NCBI GenBank assembly: GCA_951406725.2
Contig: OX597829.1
Location: 48,112,001 to 48,176,000 of the forward strand
Reading direction: 5' to 3'
DNA length: 64,000 bases
From: Octopus vulgaris
Lineage: Eukaryota
Shown: piece by piece, positions 13,018-27,329 of the stretch
How the letters are laid out: each line of letters opens with the position of its first letter
How positions within the stretch are numbered: position 1 is the first letter of the stretch
Notes under the pieces: model-generated
What the model saw: the letters and a program-made list of their open reading frames with translations, nothing else
Told to the model about the DNA's origin: nothing
The model's database searches: none
Program-made: the position numbers and the translations under genes

Positions 13018-13798
13018 GGATCTTTTCCTTTTGAACGGCACATGTCAACACAATTTCTAGTTAACTAAACACTTTTAAACTTCGTATACTGGTAGAATGT
13101 GTTTATAAAACATCATTTTTTCTTGGCTTTATTGAGAAAATTCTATATGTTGTAACATATTTCCACTTTAATTTCAAGCATTTCGGCAATTTGAACCAAT
13201 CGCTGACCTCCATTTAGGGTGAAAACATTCCGTGCTGTATGAATATGTCCCTTGTTTAAGAAACAGATTGGGTTTATTTACATTTGCGAAGAAAAAAAAA
13301 ATACCCTTCCCCCACCCCTAACCCTAAATCTAAAATAGATGGAAATGCAATAGATCGATACTAGGGTTATAATTATGGGTCACAATTTCATACGACACCG
13401 CTATGGAAAATGGGATTATTTTCTAGCAGTGTCAAATGAAAATGTCACCCATAATTATAACCCTAGTATCGATCTATTGCATTTCAATCTATTTTAGGGT
13501 TAGAGGAGGGGTATCTTTTTTTCTTCGCAAATGTAAGTAAACCCAATCTGTTTCTTAAACGAGGGACATATTCATACAGCACGGAATGTTTTCACCCCAA
13601 ATGGAGGTCAGCGATTGGTTAAAATTGCCGAAATGCTCGAAAGTTCAGACGAAATATGTTACAAACTATAGAATTTTCTCAATAAAGCCAAAAAAAAAAA
13701 TGATGTTTTATAAACACATTCTACCAGTATACGAAGTTTAAACATGTTTAGTTAACTAGAAATTGTGTTGACATGTGCCGTTCAAAAGGAAAAGATCC
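13018..13798. mobile_element. Fold-back (palindromic) non-autonomous DNA transposon, GGATC termini, 8-bp TSD
   Basis: ggatcttttccttttgaacggca ... tgccgttcaaaaggaaaagatcc with ~385-bp inverted arms. TSD cttatgat at 13010-13017 and 13799-13806. Confidence 0.92.
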
Positions 13799-16321
13799 CT
13801 TATGATAGATGGTAGAGAATAAGAGAATATGCATAAACTACTGTTCAAAATTATTTAATGTTTGAGTAATCTACAGAGAGAGACAGAGTGCAATACGATT
13901 ACTGTAACATTTGTATAATGTCATTCAGTGAAACCCTGTAGCGATCCATCAATTCAAGGGAGATAAGTAGATTTAGCAAAAGGAAATGAATAACTTAACG
14001 ACTAGCTTGTGTAACAGCAACCAATTCAAACTGCTGCTGCTGCTGCTATTATTACTAGGACAGCCATAGTATTGTTGGCCATGAAAGGGTATATATGCAT
14101 ATCTAACTAGCAATGAAAGCACTAAAGATGCTAGAAATAGCAGCTAAATCTCTTCTGAACAAACTTTTACCAGCTTTAAAAAATAATAATAATAAAAACA
14201 CGTCGCGGCAGTCTAACTTAATTTTAGGCGCGGCTGTGTGGTAAGAAGTCTGCTTCCCAACCACATGGTTTCGGGTTCAGTCCCACCTTGGACAATTGTC
14301 TTTTACTATAGCCCTGGGCCGATCAAGCCTTTTAAGTAGATTTGATAGACAGAAACTGAAAGAAACCCGTCGTATATCTGTGTGTGTGTGTGTGTGTGCT
14401 TGTCCCCCACCACCGCTTGACAACCGGTGTTGGTTGGTTTACGTCCCTGTACCTTAGGGGTTCGACAAATGGAGCCAACAGAATAAGAACTAGTCTTTTA
14501 AAAAATAAGTACTGGGGTCGATTTGTCCAATTAAAAGCCCTTTAAGGCAGTTCCCCCATCATGGCTGCAGTCCAATGACTGAAACAAGTAAAAGATGAGA
14601 CATATATAAGTGTGTGTACGTCCACTGGTTGACAACCGGTGTTGGTTTGTTTGCATCCCCGTAGCTTGGCAGTTAAACATAAGAGGCCAAAATAAGTATC
14701 AGAATTTTTTTTTTTTAGATAAAGTACTGGTGTCAATTCATTCAACTGAAACCCTTCAAGGTGGTGATACAGTATGGCTGCTGTCCAATGATTTAAGCAA
14801 GTGAAATATTTATCCTGGTTTTTTAATAGATATGCACTTTCACTTTGTGTCATAGTGTCATAAGAAGCAACAAAAAGAGTTGGCAATAGAGAGGGTATCT
14901 GCAGTTAAAACACTGCCTCAGAGAATTTTGACAACTCATGCTAACATGGAAAAGTGGATACAAATAACAATGACAATAATGGCAGAGGTGAGGTATCAGT
15001 GGTGGGGGTGGGGTTGATAATGGTGACGATGATGATGTCTGGGTGCTTTGCAAACAACTTGCATATGCAAGTGCTACCAGCTCTGCATACCAGAAGCCAG
15101 CAAGTGTATGGGGTCATCAGGAAAGAATGTGTGCTGTTTTGGGGCCTATTTCTCAACAGTATCATTGTGCACCAGCCCCCACCTTACTGATATGAGACCC
15201 CACTTACTAGAGCAACTGGTTATCAAATAAAGCCATTGCTCATCGTCTCTTTTTAACCAAATCCAGTAGCTAGACTGGGTAAGGTATATTAACCTTGGAA
15301 AAAAATATGCAGAATGGTCCTGTCAGGAATGCCTTTGACCAAAGGTTCACTTAAGGCTTACTGGAACTAAACAACAACCATTCTAATATCCATCTGTCTT
15401 GAGCGTTAACCATTTTCTTCCTATATTTCTGTTGGAGTGTACTGCATTTCATCGTCATCATTTAACATCCACTTTCCATGCTGACATGGGTTAGACGGTT
15501 TGACTGAGGACTGGTGAGCCAGAAGGCTGCACCGGGCTCAATCTGATCTGGCAAAGTTTCTACAGCTGGATGCCCTTCATAATGTCAACCACTCCAAGAA
15601 TGTAGTGTGTGCTTTTACATGACACCGACACGAGGGCCAGTCAAACAGTTCTGGCAACAACCATGCCCAAAAGGTGTTTTTTTTACGTGCTACCTGCACA
15701 GGAGCCAATCTGTGACCCTGGCAATGATCAAGCTCAAATATGCTTTTAACGTTCTACTGGCACAAGTGCCAAATAGGTGGTACTGTCATCGGCCACGTTA
15801 GCGATTTTGATTTGATTGTTTCGATTAATTTTGAAAATAATGAAGAATTTATAAAAAAAAATATATATTTGTTATTAAGCTGGCGGTTGATATGTAAATT
15901 AACAAGAAATTTTGATGGAAGGTTTCGCGAGTTTACAGTTTCAAACCTGCCAAGGTTCACTCAATTATCAAGAAATGGACATATATGTTTCTGTCTACCT
16001 GTTTCAATATAACCTTTCATTATCTGACACAAGATCACTTCCTCTAATGCCCCCTCCTCTCTCAAAAGATATATTTTGTCTTGCAAGTACTTGGTGACTG
16101 TCAATGCAGGTGCCACTTAAAAGCACCCAATCCAAACTGTAATGTGGTTGGCATTTGGAAGGGCATCCAACTGTAAAAACCTTGCCAAAACTGACCCCGT
16201 CTGTGCTTGTGCCACATAAAAAGCACTAAGAGTCACAGAAGCCTGGTGCAGGTTTCTGCTTGGATGGCTCTTGTGAAACAATCCCAACCATGCCAGCATG
16301 AAAAACGTACATGAAACAATG

Positions 16322-16368
<47 letters not shown>

Positions 16369-17050
16369 AAGTTTCAGTAGATTATGAATGAATTATTAGC
16401 ATAGTCACGAGTTCAAACTTTGTTCCATTTACAATGTTATGCTTTTGAACAATGGTCTGTAACATGGAATGTTTGAAATTTGTTTGACAGGATCTGTTTA
16501 GTGTACAGAATTTTAAAAATGCATGAAGAGTTTCCTTGTTGGCTCAATAGGAGGGCAATTGGCATGCAGTGATAGCTTTTGTCAGTGTATTTATTGGTAG
16601 TAAAAAGGGTAGGAAAGTTGGTAGTGTTGTGTAGCTTTAGAGCAGCCTTGACCAAGCAGACTAATTATCAAAGCCACTCCAGCCATAAGTGAGGGCACAA
16701 TGGCCCAGTGGGTAGGGCAGCGAACTCACGGTCAGAGGATCACGGTTTCGATTCCCAGACCAGGTGTTGTGTGTGTTTATTGAGCAAAAACACCTAAAGT
16801 TCACGAGGCTCCGGCAAAGAGTGGGTGGCAACCCCTGTTGTACTCTTTCGCCCCAACTTTCTCTCACTCTCTCTTCCTGTTTCTTGAGTAATGCTGCGAT
16901 GGACTGGCGTCCTGTCCAGCTAGCGGGGAACACATACACTACAGAAACCGGGCCCATGAGCCTGGCCAGGCTTGAAAAGGGTGCATAAATAAATAAAAAA
17001 TAAAAACTCCAGCCATAACCATCATGTACAAAGTGTATATAAGACTACAC

Positions 17051-17884
17051 CAGACGTTCTCAAAATAGGCAGTAACTACCTCCAAGAGAGTGCTGGGCAT
17101 GTTAATTAGGGGTTAGAAGCAGAGCAGTGAGAACATAATTAACATAGTAAATTTTACTTATATTAGTAATTACATTATAAATGATAAAACTAATAATGGT
17201 TATTAAAATAAAGGCACAGGGGATCTATGGAGAGTCATGATGCCAGTATTGTTTCAACACATGAATTTACAGAAAGAATCTTGCAATCCAGATACAAAAA
17301 TAATACAGGTAAGTCATTAACATGCAATGTATAAACTAACTTTACAACTTCTGTCTCTGTTCATTTCTTTTTATCATTTCACTGTCAAAAGCTTATAGAA
17401 CCCATTTTTATAGTAAAATTTATAAATTATCATCCATGTTAAGTTTAATCATATTACCTCACACATCACTTGGGTGGGCACTAGGCATATATGCTGAGAC
17501 CCCCTTTGGTCATGACTGACCATGAGATTGCACCCGGAAAGTTACCCTCCCAGGCACAAGTCCGGGCAAGGTTGTTTATGGAAGACCAGCAGCTGCCCAT
17601 GCATACTGGCCTCCTCTCTCCACGCCGTCAGTGTTATCCAAAGGAAAGGTAAAGGCCAATACAGCTTGGCACCTATGACATCGTAACTCATTTCTACAGC
17701 TGAATAAATTTGAGGAATGTGAAATAAAGTGTCTTGCTCAAGAACACAACATGCAGCCCGGTCCAGGATTCAAACTCACAACCTCATGATCGTAAGCTCG
17801 ATGCTCTAACCCCTGAGCCATGCACCTTCACTAGGCACTGGGCATAACTTCTACTCAAAAGAAAAAAACAACTAAGAACCACTG
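17051..17884. mobile_element. hAT (Charlie/Buster-like) non-autonomous element with a nested SINE
   Basis: Ends cagacgttctcaa ... ctaagaaccactg. Flanks gactacac / gactgtac give a 6/8 putative TSD. SINE inserted at ~17495-17828. Confidence 0.6.
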
Positions 17885-18924
17885 GACTGTACTTTCCCTT
17901 CATTTGCCATGCTAACAAGCATTTGCAATCATGGACCCTTGTTCAATACCAAAGTTTAGAATAATTTTTCTTGGGAATGATACAACAATAGTTTCCAATT
18001 GTCTTCTGGTGTATTTACATTTTACTCTGCTAGTTTCCTGTTAGCTCAAGCCCACCCTTGAGGCACAGGGCCTATTTTAATCCTCAGACAGGGAAATTGA
18101 TAATGTGGCATTAGGGCATGTTCACACGCCATTGCACTAGAGTGACAAATGTCTAAAGAGCAACCCTTCACTGAATCCTGTAGTCTTAGTGCAGAACCAG
18201 TTTTTGATAGTTGACCCATGACAAGGAACTTTTATACAAGTATTACAACCCTGGGCCAGTGTAGACTTGTTAGTAGCTGTAACTAAGTAACTTCATACTT
18301 TCCCAATTACTGAACTCCCAAGCTGGAGTCTCACCACTAGATACAGTTTGTAAATTCTTATCCAGAACATACTGCTATGTTATCCAATGTATATTCTTCC
18401 TTATTTAAGATAGCTGAGAATGATCTGATTGAAATTTGGCTGCTATTTCTATGAGGTTGTATGACCATGAAAGAGTTAGAATCATTGGGTCAGTTTTACA
18501 TTTGAGTGAGTCACATAAAAAACTGAAATTTCCTGTACATTGACATCCCTAATTAGTTAATGACTCTTGTAAATTACTGTATTTAAGTACAGTGAAGATA
18601 ACTGATTAATTGAAACTATCTTGGAACATCTAAGTGGTTAGTAAACCTACTGAAAATAGCAGCTAAATCACACTGATTTGAAAGGAGAAAAGACATTGTT
18701 TAATACAAAGGTAAATGAAGGAATCTCAGAATCAAAAGTAATTTAGCTGATGTCAAGGTTATTTACTATAATTTTCACAGTTTGATTACTTGCTTCCATA
18801 GATTTCGTATTTCTCCAGTTGTGGATAACAGCTGTCATAGATTTCCTATTTGGAGTGATCTACAGGGTATTGACATCATTAGACAGACAGACAGGCAAGT
18901 AGACAGGCAGGCAGATAGACAGAT

Positions 18925-19050
18925 ATCTAGAAGAGGTAGACTCAGGAAGACATGGAATGAGGTGGTGAAGTATGACCTTCGAACAATGGGCCTCACACAG
19001 GCAATAACAAGAGACCGAGACCTTTGGAGATATGCTGTGACTGAGAAATT
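18925..19050 (+). mobile_element. RTE LINE C-terminal fragment
   Basis: RGRLRKTWNEVVKYDLRTMGLTQAITRDRDLWRYAV, the typical RGRP.KTW...D...A.DR..WR ending. Confidence 0.75.
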
Positions 19051-21882
19051 TGACTGAAAACTTGTAAGCTGGGGAGCTGCCCCAGGTTCCAGTCTGATTT
19101 GGCAAGGTTTCTATGGCTGGATGCCCTTCCTAACACCAACCACTCTGAGAATGTAGTGTGTGTATTTTTATGTGTCACTGGCACAGGTGCCATTGACCTG
19201 ACACTGGCATGGGCCACGACTATAGTCTCACTTGGTTTGACAGGTCTACACAAGCATGGTAAATCGCCTGAGGCCTTGGTCACCTGTCACTGCCTCTGTG
19301 AGGCCTAATGCTCCAATAGTACTTTTTACATTCCACCAGTACAGGTGCCAGTCAGACAGTACTGGCATTAGCCATTACTGTGATTTCACACAGCTTGATA
19401 GTTCTTCAGAAGCATAGCATATTGCCCAACATTTGAAGGGTGCTTTAACAGGCCAGTTATGCAGGTTTCAAATTTTGACACAAAGCCTAGAATTTTAGAG
19501 GAAAGAATTGAATTGATTACATCTAATGCAGTGTTCAACTGGTACTTATTTTATCAAACCAGAAAGGACAAAAGGCAAAGAGGTATGGCAAGCGGAGCCA
19601 AATCCTGCTACCACACATATGGCTTTCCAGCAGGAGCCACCTACAGTCAGATTTTGATCACAGTCTCCAGCAGCTTCATACAGCTGTCTGAATTGAGCCT
19701 GAGACCCTGTTCAAAGGTGCAAGTTGGAATGCCAGCATGCAAATGCAGTCAGAAACACCTTCTGTGTCACTTCCTGGTGGCCATCGCTTCACAGTCTTTG
19801 TTGGCGCTCTCTATATCACATCTCACAGCCTTTAGAGTGTTCACAGGGCACTGAGGAACAGTTGTGATATCTCCTTTTTTTTTTTTCATGGACAGCTTAC
19901 CTTTTACCTGTTTCAGTCCATAGAAAGACTCAAAATAAAGCCAAAAAATTGCCAAGTGAAAATCACAATATAGCAACAGCTTCATGTGATTGGTCAAGTC
20001 ATAGACCAATCAGCAGTCAGATATCACAACAGATAATTCTAGAAGCCCTCAGAACTATTCTCCTAACAAGGCCTATAAATAAGTGCTAATCTTTAATCTG
20101 AGCACTAATCTTTAGTGTGTGTAAGCCACAGCTCAGATCCTTTTAATAGCTTGATGCTTTTAATAGCTGTTATTGCAGCTCTTGCTAAACCTTTATATGC
20201 TTTCATAGTTGGCTGATACGAATCCAAAGTGTATATTCTCTCCAATCTTGGCAAGCTTAATTACAGAGCCCTTTTAATTAATTATTGTAAGAGCTATACT
20301 ATATTCTTTTCTTTGTTGTTTGCAGTTAGTAATTCATGACCAACATGAAAATTACTTGTGCAGTGAAATGAAATTTTGTTAGTTGCTCAAGGGTGTTGTG
20401 CATTCATTATATGCAGCCTTGAACTACCAGCATCTCATTTTTCATCCTTTGTTTATTGTGGCAGCCACTGATCTACAACACTGAGATAAGTCATTTGATG
20501 GCTGTCATACTGGAACACTGCCTTGAAGGGGTCAAGAAGATGAACAAATTGACCCCAGCAGTTATTGTTTTATTTTTAAGCCAGGTGCTTATTCTAGTGG
20601 TCTTACTTTGTGGGACCACAGTTACAGAGACATAAACAAACCAACACTGTCAAACGACATGAAGGCATACATACAATGGATTTCTTTCAGGTTCTATCTA
20701 CCAAATCCACTCACGTGCCTTTGGTCAGCCTGGGGCTATAGTGGAAGACACTTGCCAAAAGTGGTACTCAGTAAAGCTGAACCCAGAACTTGTATGGCTG
20801 TGCAGCAAACTTCTTATTTCTTTATTGCCCACAAGGGGCTAAACAGAGGGGACAAACAAGGACAGACAAAGAGATTAAGTCAATTACATCGACCCAGTAC
20901 ATCATCATCATCATCACTGTTTAACGTCCGTTTTCCGCGCTAGCACGGGTTGGATGGTTCGACCGGGGTCTGGGAAGCCAGAAGGCTGCACCAGGCTCCA
21001 GTCTGATCTGGCAGTGTTTCTACAGCTGGATGCCCTTCCTAACGCCAACCACTCCAAGAGTGTAGTGGGTGCTTTTTACGTGCCACCTGCACAGGTGCCA
21101 GGGGGGGGTCTGGCATCAGCCACGATTGGTTGGTGCTTTTAACGTGCCACCGGCACGGAAGCCAGCCAAGGCGGCGCTGGCATCGCAACTGATAATCTAT
21201 CAACCCCAAAAGGATGAAAAGCAAAGTCAACCTCGGTGGAATTTGAACTCAGAACGTAACGGCAGATGAAATACAGCTAAGCATTTTGCCCGGTGTGCTA
21301 ACATTCCTGTCAGCTCGCCGCCTTCTTACCACACAACCATGGCTGAGCTGGGCATGGGTACTAGACCACTTTAACTCTTTCATGAAATTGTAATCGTGGC
21401 CAATGCCAGTGCTGTGTGACTGGCGCATAAAAAGCACCATTTGAACGTTGAGCTTCACAGAGGCAGTGACAGGTGACCAAGACCTTTGGTGATATACCAT
21501 GCTTGAGAAGACCGGTCAAGCCAAGTGGGATTGTACAGGGTCATGTAACTAGCACCTGTGCCAGTAGCACCTAAAAAAAAATACTCACTACACTTTTGGA
21601 GTGGTTGGCATTAAGAAGGGCATCCAGCTGTAGAAACCATGCCAAATCAGACTGGAACCTGGCGCAGTTTCCCAGCTTATCAGCTGTCAAATCGTCCAAC
21701 CCATGCCAACATGGAAAACGGACGTTAAATGATGATGATGATGATGATGATACCATATTTCTGTTTAAATACTCTGCTTTCATTTCAGTTTATTTTGAAA
21801 ATAATGGAAGTATTTGGTAAAATAACTCATTATTAAGGTGATGTTTAGATTGGCGGAGGTAAAAAAAAATATGCACACCATA

Positions 21883-22282
21883 GGCAGAGGAGTGGCTGTG
21901 TGGTAAGTAGCTTACTTACCAGCCACATGGTTCCGGGTTCGGTCCCACTGCATGGCATCTTGGGCAAGTGTCTTCTACTATAACCTCGGGCCGACCAAAG
22001 CCTTGTGAGTGGATTTGGTAGACGGAAACTGAAAGAAGCCCGTCGTATATATGTATATGTATACGTATGTGTGTGTGTTTGTGTGTCTGTGTTTGTCCCC
22101 CCAACATCGCATGACAACCGATGTTGGCGTGTTTACGTCCCCGTAACTTAGCGGTTCGGCAAAAGAGACCGATAGAATAAGTACTAGGATTACAAAAAGA
22201 ATAAGTCCCGGGGTCGATTTGCTCGACTAAAAGCGATGCTCCAGCACGGCCGCAGTCAAATGACTGAAACAAGTAAAAGAGT
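21883..22282 (+). mobile_element. Near-intact OR-like SINE
   Basis: Complete head-to-tail copy with CpGs preserved, ending gaaacaagtaaaagagt. Confidence 0.9.
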
Positions 22283-23062
22283 ATCGGTTTTCGGCATAAT
22301 CCTAAACACCGGGTGTGCGTATTCTTTACCTTCGCCGAAATGTTGATGGCAGCCTTACATTTAGATTATTTTAAAACAGAAAATTTGTTTCACGGAACTT
22401 GAGCCAGTCTTGATTGAGCAAGTTGGTTATGAAAAGGGTTAAGGCACACTTTTATCTATCATCAACAAATAAAATCTATCTGGTTTAATTCGTACTTTCG
22501 GAAAACAGGTCGTTGGGTGAACTCTGACACCTGTTGTCTGCTAGTACGTTCGTATTGTAATAAATAAAATAAATATGAAAGTCACACGCAAACAGATTAA
22601 TCAAAAATATTAGTGCAACTAATATTTGGGGAGGTGGGGAAGGTATTTTTCGTTTCAATTGGCAATTGTCAAGTGTACAAAAGTTGCAGAAACGAAGAAT
22701 TTACAAAATGCATTGTTTTCAACGCACACACAAACACACATACGCACACAGGTGGGGGGATAAGTTTTGTTTAGATAAACAACCGAGAAAAAACGAACGA
22801 ACGAAAGTAGAACGTGTACTTTGACCAGCACCTTCAGATTGAACAAACAAAAAACAAACAAGCGTATCACAAATAAAAAAAAAAATGGAAAAATATCGAT
22901 CCAAAACCTAGGTAACAAACGTGTTACCGAGCACACAAGATATGCAGGAAAATGAGGGAGGAACTAAATTTTATTAATCTGTAAATATCAAATCCGTAAT
23001 ACTATTTTTCCTTCAAATTACGTAAGTGGAAAAGATAGAAGAGATGTGTGTAATATCACATA

Positions 23063-23848
23063 TACCTATTTCTTTACTACACCCACAAGGGGCTAAACAC
23101 AGAGGGGACAAACAAGGACAGATATAGGTATTAAGTCGATTACATCGACCCCAGTACTTAACTGGTACTTAATTTATCGACCCCGAAAGGATGAAAGGTA
23201 AAGTCGACCTCGGCGGAATTTGAACTCAGAACGTAACGGCAGACGAAATACCTATTTCTTTATTACCCACAAGGGGCTAAACACAGAGGGGACAAACAAG
23301 GACAGACATAGGTATTAAGTCGATTACATCGACCCCAGTGCGTAACTGGTACTTAATTTATCGACCCCGAAAGGATGAAAGGTAAAGTCGACCTTGGCGG
23401 AATTTGAACTCAGAATGTAACGGCAGACGAAATACCTATTTTTTTACTACCCACAAGGGGCTAAACACAGAGGGGACAAACAAGGACAGACATAGGTATT
23501 TAGACGATTATATCGACCTCAGTGCGTAACTGGTACTTGATTTATCGACCCCGAAAGGATGAAAGGCAAAGTGGACCTCGGCGGAATTTGAACTCACAAC
23601 GTAACGGCAGACGAAATACCTATTTCTTTATTACCCACAAGGGGCTAAACACAGAGGGGACAAACAAGGACAGATATAGGTATTAAGTCGATTACATCGA
23701 CCCCAGTGCGTAACTGGTACTTGATTTATCGACCCCGAAAGGATGAAAGGCAAAGTGGACCTCGGCGGAATTTGAACTCACAACGTAACGGCAGACGAAA
23801 TACCGCTAAGCATTTCGCCCGGCGTGCTAACGTTTCTGCCAACTCGCC
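23063..23848 (-). mobile_element. OK-like SINE tandem tetramer (one tRNA head plus four ~184-bp units)
   Basis: Junction motif tacctattt recurs with cctat at 23065, 23251, 23435 and 23619 (spacing 186, 184, 184). A single 5' head lies at ~23800-23848. Confidence 0.92.
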
Positions 23849-26800
23849 ACCGTTATGTTAACCGTTTTTCCCTTTCCTTTTTTTCGAGAAATAAAATGAA
23901 ATTTAACACGTGTAGGCACAGCCGTGTGGTAAACAGCTTTCTTCCTAAACGTATGGCCTTGGAGTCAGTCCCACTTACGTGGAAAGTATATTCTACTATG
24001 GCCTTGGGTAGACCAAAGCATTGTCAGTGGATTTTGGTAGACGGAAACTGAAAGAAGCCTATCATGTGTGTATGTAATATTGTGTGTGTGTGCGTGCGTT
24101 TATGTACACACACGTCTGTGCCTGGGTTTGTCCCCCACCAACTCTTGACAACCGGTGTTGGTTTGTTTACGAATCTAACAAAGGTTCGGCAAAAGAACCG
24201 ATAAAAAGACTTCATTAAAAAGGACGACTACTGGAGTCTATGGTGTATATTTGTTCGACTAAATACTTAAAGGCGGTGCTCCAGTATGACCGCGGTCCAA
24301 AGACTGAAACAGCTAAAAAGATAAATGATAACGAAATTTCTATCGTTTTCCGTATTCATTTGAATTTGCAATACACGGATGTCACGACAAATAAACTCGA
24401 CAAACAAATACTAAACTTTGAAAGTTTTTTTCCTTAAACGTGAAGCAATTATACTTCACATTTACTTCAGACGGTCGTCGGTTATCCGTCGTAGGTCGAC
24501 GTTGACTTGTTCACTTATCGCCCCTGGCAGGCTCGCATGTGGGCTACAGGGCCGGCTCTTAATCCGCGGTATTGTAAATGGAGTCGACTTAGCCTCTCAT
24601 CCTCTCGGGGTCGATAAATTAAGTACCAGTTGCGCATTGGGGTCGATATAATCGACTTAATCCGTTTGTCTGTCCTTGTTTGTCCCCTCTGTGTTTAGCC
24701 CCTTGTGGGTAATAAAGAAATAGGTATTGTAAATGGAATTTATGATTAGCAAATATGTTTAACCCCCTCCCAAAACCAAAAAAAAAAAAAAAAAAAAAGA
24801 AACGTTCCAGCCGTGGCCATCCTGTTTTTTTTTTTGGTGTGGGGGGAGGTTACTGTAGCTAGGGTATCATTATCCAATGTGGGATCTTTTCATCCCCAAT
24901 GTGTATTTTATTTAAGATGTTACATTGTACTTTGAAAGAGGTTTGACTGCTATTTCTAGCATATTGAGCTGAAAGCTGGAATGGACAACCTCTTCCGAGA
25001 AGCGGGTTGCATGGGACGTGTCTGTTAATCAGGCAGGCCGCATGGCTAGAAAAAAAATGTAATTTTTTGTTAGGGGTATAGTTCAGAAGGTCTCGTGGGC
25101 CGCAGATCACTTCGTTGTCTTTTAAATATCTCATGTTAGCAAAAGTACGAAAATGTCATAATCATTTGGATGTAGTATGAATACGTCACTTGAAGCGTGA
25201 CCATGTGCGAATCTATAATAATATTCTATTTAATTTATTAATAAGTTATGAAATTGAGAGAGAGAGAGAGGTCTAGTACGAGAAAACTAATTATGCACTT
25301 TGTCTGCAAGGAAAATTACTTCAATTCCACTGTAGTCAGCTTTTTTGACATTTCAAGGTTGGGTCTTCCTCGAAGCAAACAAATGCACACACACACACAC
25401 ACATACCGGTTTATTTTGGAGTGTCAGCAAGATCCAGAAAGCAAAGAGTAAACTACAACATTTAAATGGAACTAAAATTATAAATGTAAAAAAAAGGTAA
25501 CTGAAGCGTTTAGTTATCTGTTATATTTGACTTGTTACAAGTCATTGGACTGCGGCCATGATGGGCCACCACCACCACCAGCACATAGAAGGCTTTTTTT
25601 TTTTCTTTTTTTTTTCCTGCAGAAACCAATCGACCCCTAGTACCGTACTTATTTTCATTTATTTATTTATTTATTTAATAGTCTGATATTTAATTCTAAT
25701 CGGTCTCATTTTGCCGAAAGGAACAATTATGGGGGGGACGTAAACAAACCAACACCGGTTTTCAAGCGGTGATGGGACACACTGACACACACACACACAC
25801 ACACAAAACACATGCGACAGGCTTTTTCTTAAGTTTCCGTTTACCAAATCCAATCCACTCACAAGGATTTGTTGGTCGACTCGGAGGTTATAGTGGGAAA
25901 ACACTTGCCTAAGGGACACCACAGTGGGGGGGGGACTGTGTCTGAAAACAAGTGGTTTGGGAATTAAACTTCTTTGCCATAAAACCACGCCTCTTGTGCC
26001 ATTATTTCTATTCTATTTCACGTTCTCTTCTTCGTCTTGTTGCTTATTAAAACAAACATTCATCTCATAATTCGATAGCCACATAATTTTTACGCATTGA
26101 ATTTATATAAATGCTATTTTTTTTTCATTTCAATTACCACAATAGAAGGTAACTAAATATCAAAAACTATTCGGTTGGAATAGTTTTTTGATATTCGTAG
26201 ACAGCGGCGTGAGAAACCTTCTTCTTTCATGCTTGTTGCTACAACAGATTTAATCTTTTTTCTTTTTCATTGTTACTTGTTGAGGTTTAATTTCTGCTTC
26301 GGTGGTTCGTGTTCAATTCACACAAAAAATGGTTTTAATAAGCGAAAATGAAAATAATGGAAAGTTTTCTATTAGTAAGAATTACTGAAGCAAAAAGAAA
26401 AATAAACTAGTTCCGTTATATCAACAAGTGTGAGAGAGAAAACCCAAGTTTTACTGCCTGCATTCCGAGTTCAATCCAGCAACAGAGTAGTTTCATTTTG
26501 CTTTTTTTTATCATTCGTTCCAGTCAGATACTTAACTCGATTTAAACTGCACCCCACCGTCCTTTCCAATCTTTATTCACACCCTCCTCACAAGTTTCTG
26601 GGTCCTGTAGGAAACTTTGAAATCTTTTTATATATGTCCTACCGGAGAACATTACGAATTGTGAATTAAATGTGCATTCAATATCTTCAGTATTTTGTTT
26701 AAAAAAAAACACTAGTCTCTTTTCGTTGATCAGGATTTAGAGGAAATGAATAAAGCTTCTACGCAGTCGCTCGAACTGCTAGAAGTAACAGTTAAATCTC

Positions 26801-27329
26801 TCCCATATTTACACTGTCTTGATGAAAGCACACGTCAAAGAGACTTAGTTATTACAGCTGGTCTACGGGACCTGTGGTTAAATAACAGTATTAGAACTTA
26901 AAGGATAAAAGAGAGAAAAAAAGGTGGAGTTTTTTTTATCTTTTCTGTAGCAACACGAATAAAACACTCAACATTAAAGTTCTGAAGTCGAAAAGAACAA
27001 AAATATAAGAACACAGACCAAAGTTAGAAGTAAAGAAAATAATTTTTTTTTAAAATGCTCTAAAAAAAAAAAAAAAAAACCCAAGAAAACTTTTGAATTA
27101 AAAAAAAAAAAAAAAGAAACTTTTTTGTTGAATTTCAAAATTTTGACAGAAAAATACATATATGTACTTTGTGTACGTAAAAAGAAAAAAACTAACTGAA
27201 AGCTATACATTAAATACGTTCGAAACAGGTTCTTTAATTATTAAATGTTAATTAAAATAAAAAAGAAAACATGACAAAAAAAACAGAGAGAGAGAATAAA
27301 AAACATGTGATTAATGATAAACAACCTAC

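Noticed and set aside
19960-20265. Possible solo LTR (CCAAT boxes, TATAAA, ends TACA)
   Set aside because: No second copy, TSD, PBS or PPT could be identified.
21845-22272. Recurrent 60-150 aa ORFs such as HSQGFGRPEAIVEDTCPRCH
   Set aside because: Chance translations of the abundant SINE, recurring with frameshifts at many copies.
23063-23848. Regular repeat array superficially like CRISPR
   Set aside because: Units are contiguous ~184-bp SINE bodies without unique spacers, the context is eukaryotic and there are no cas genes.
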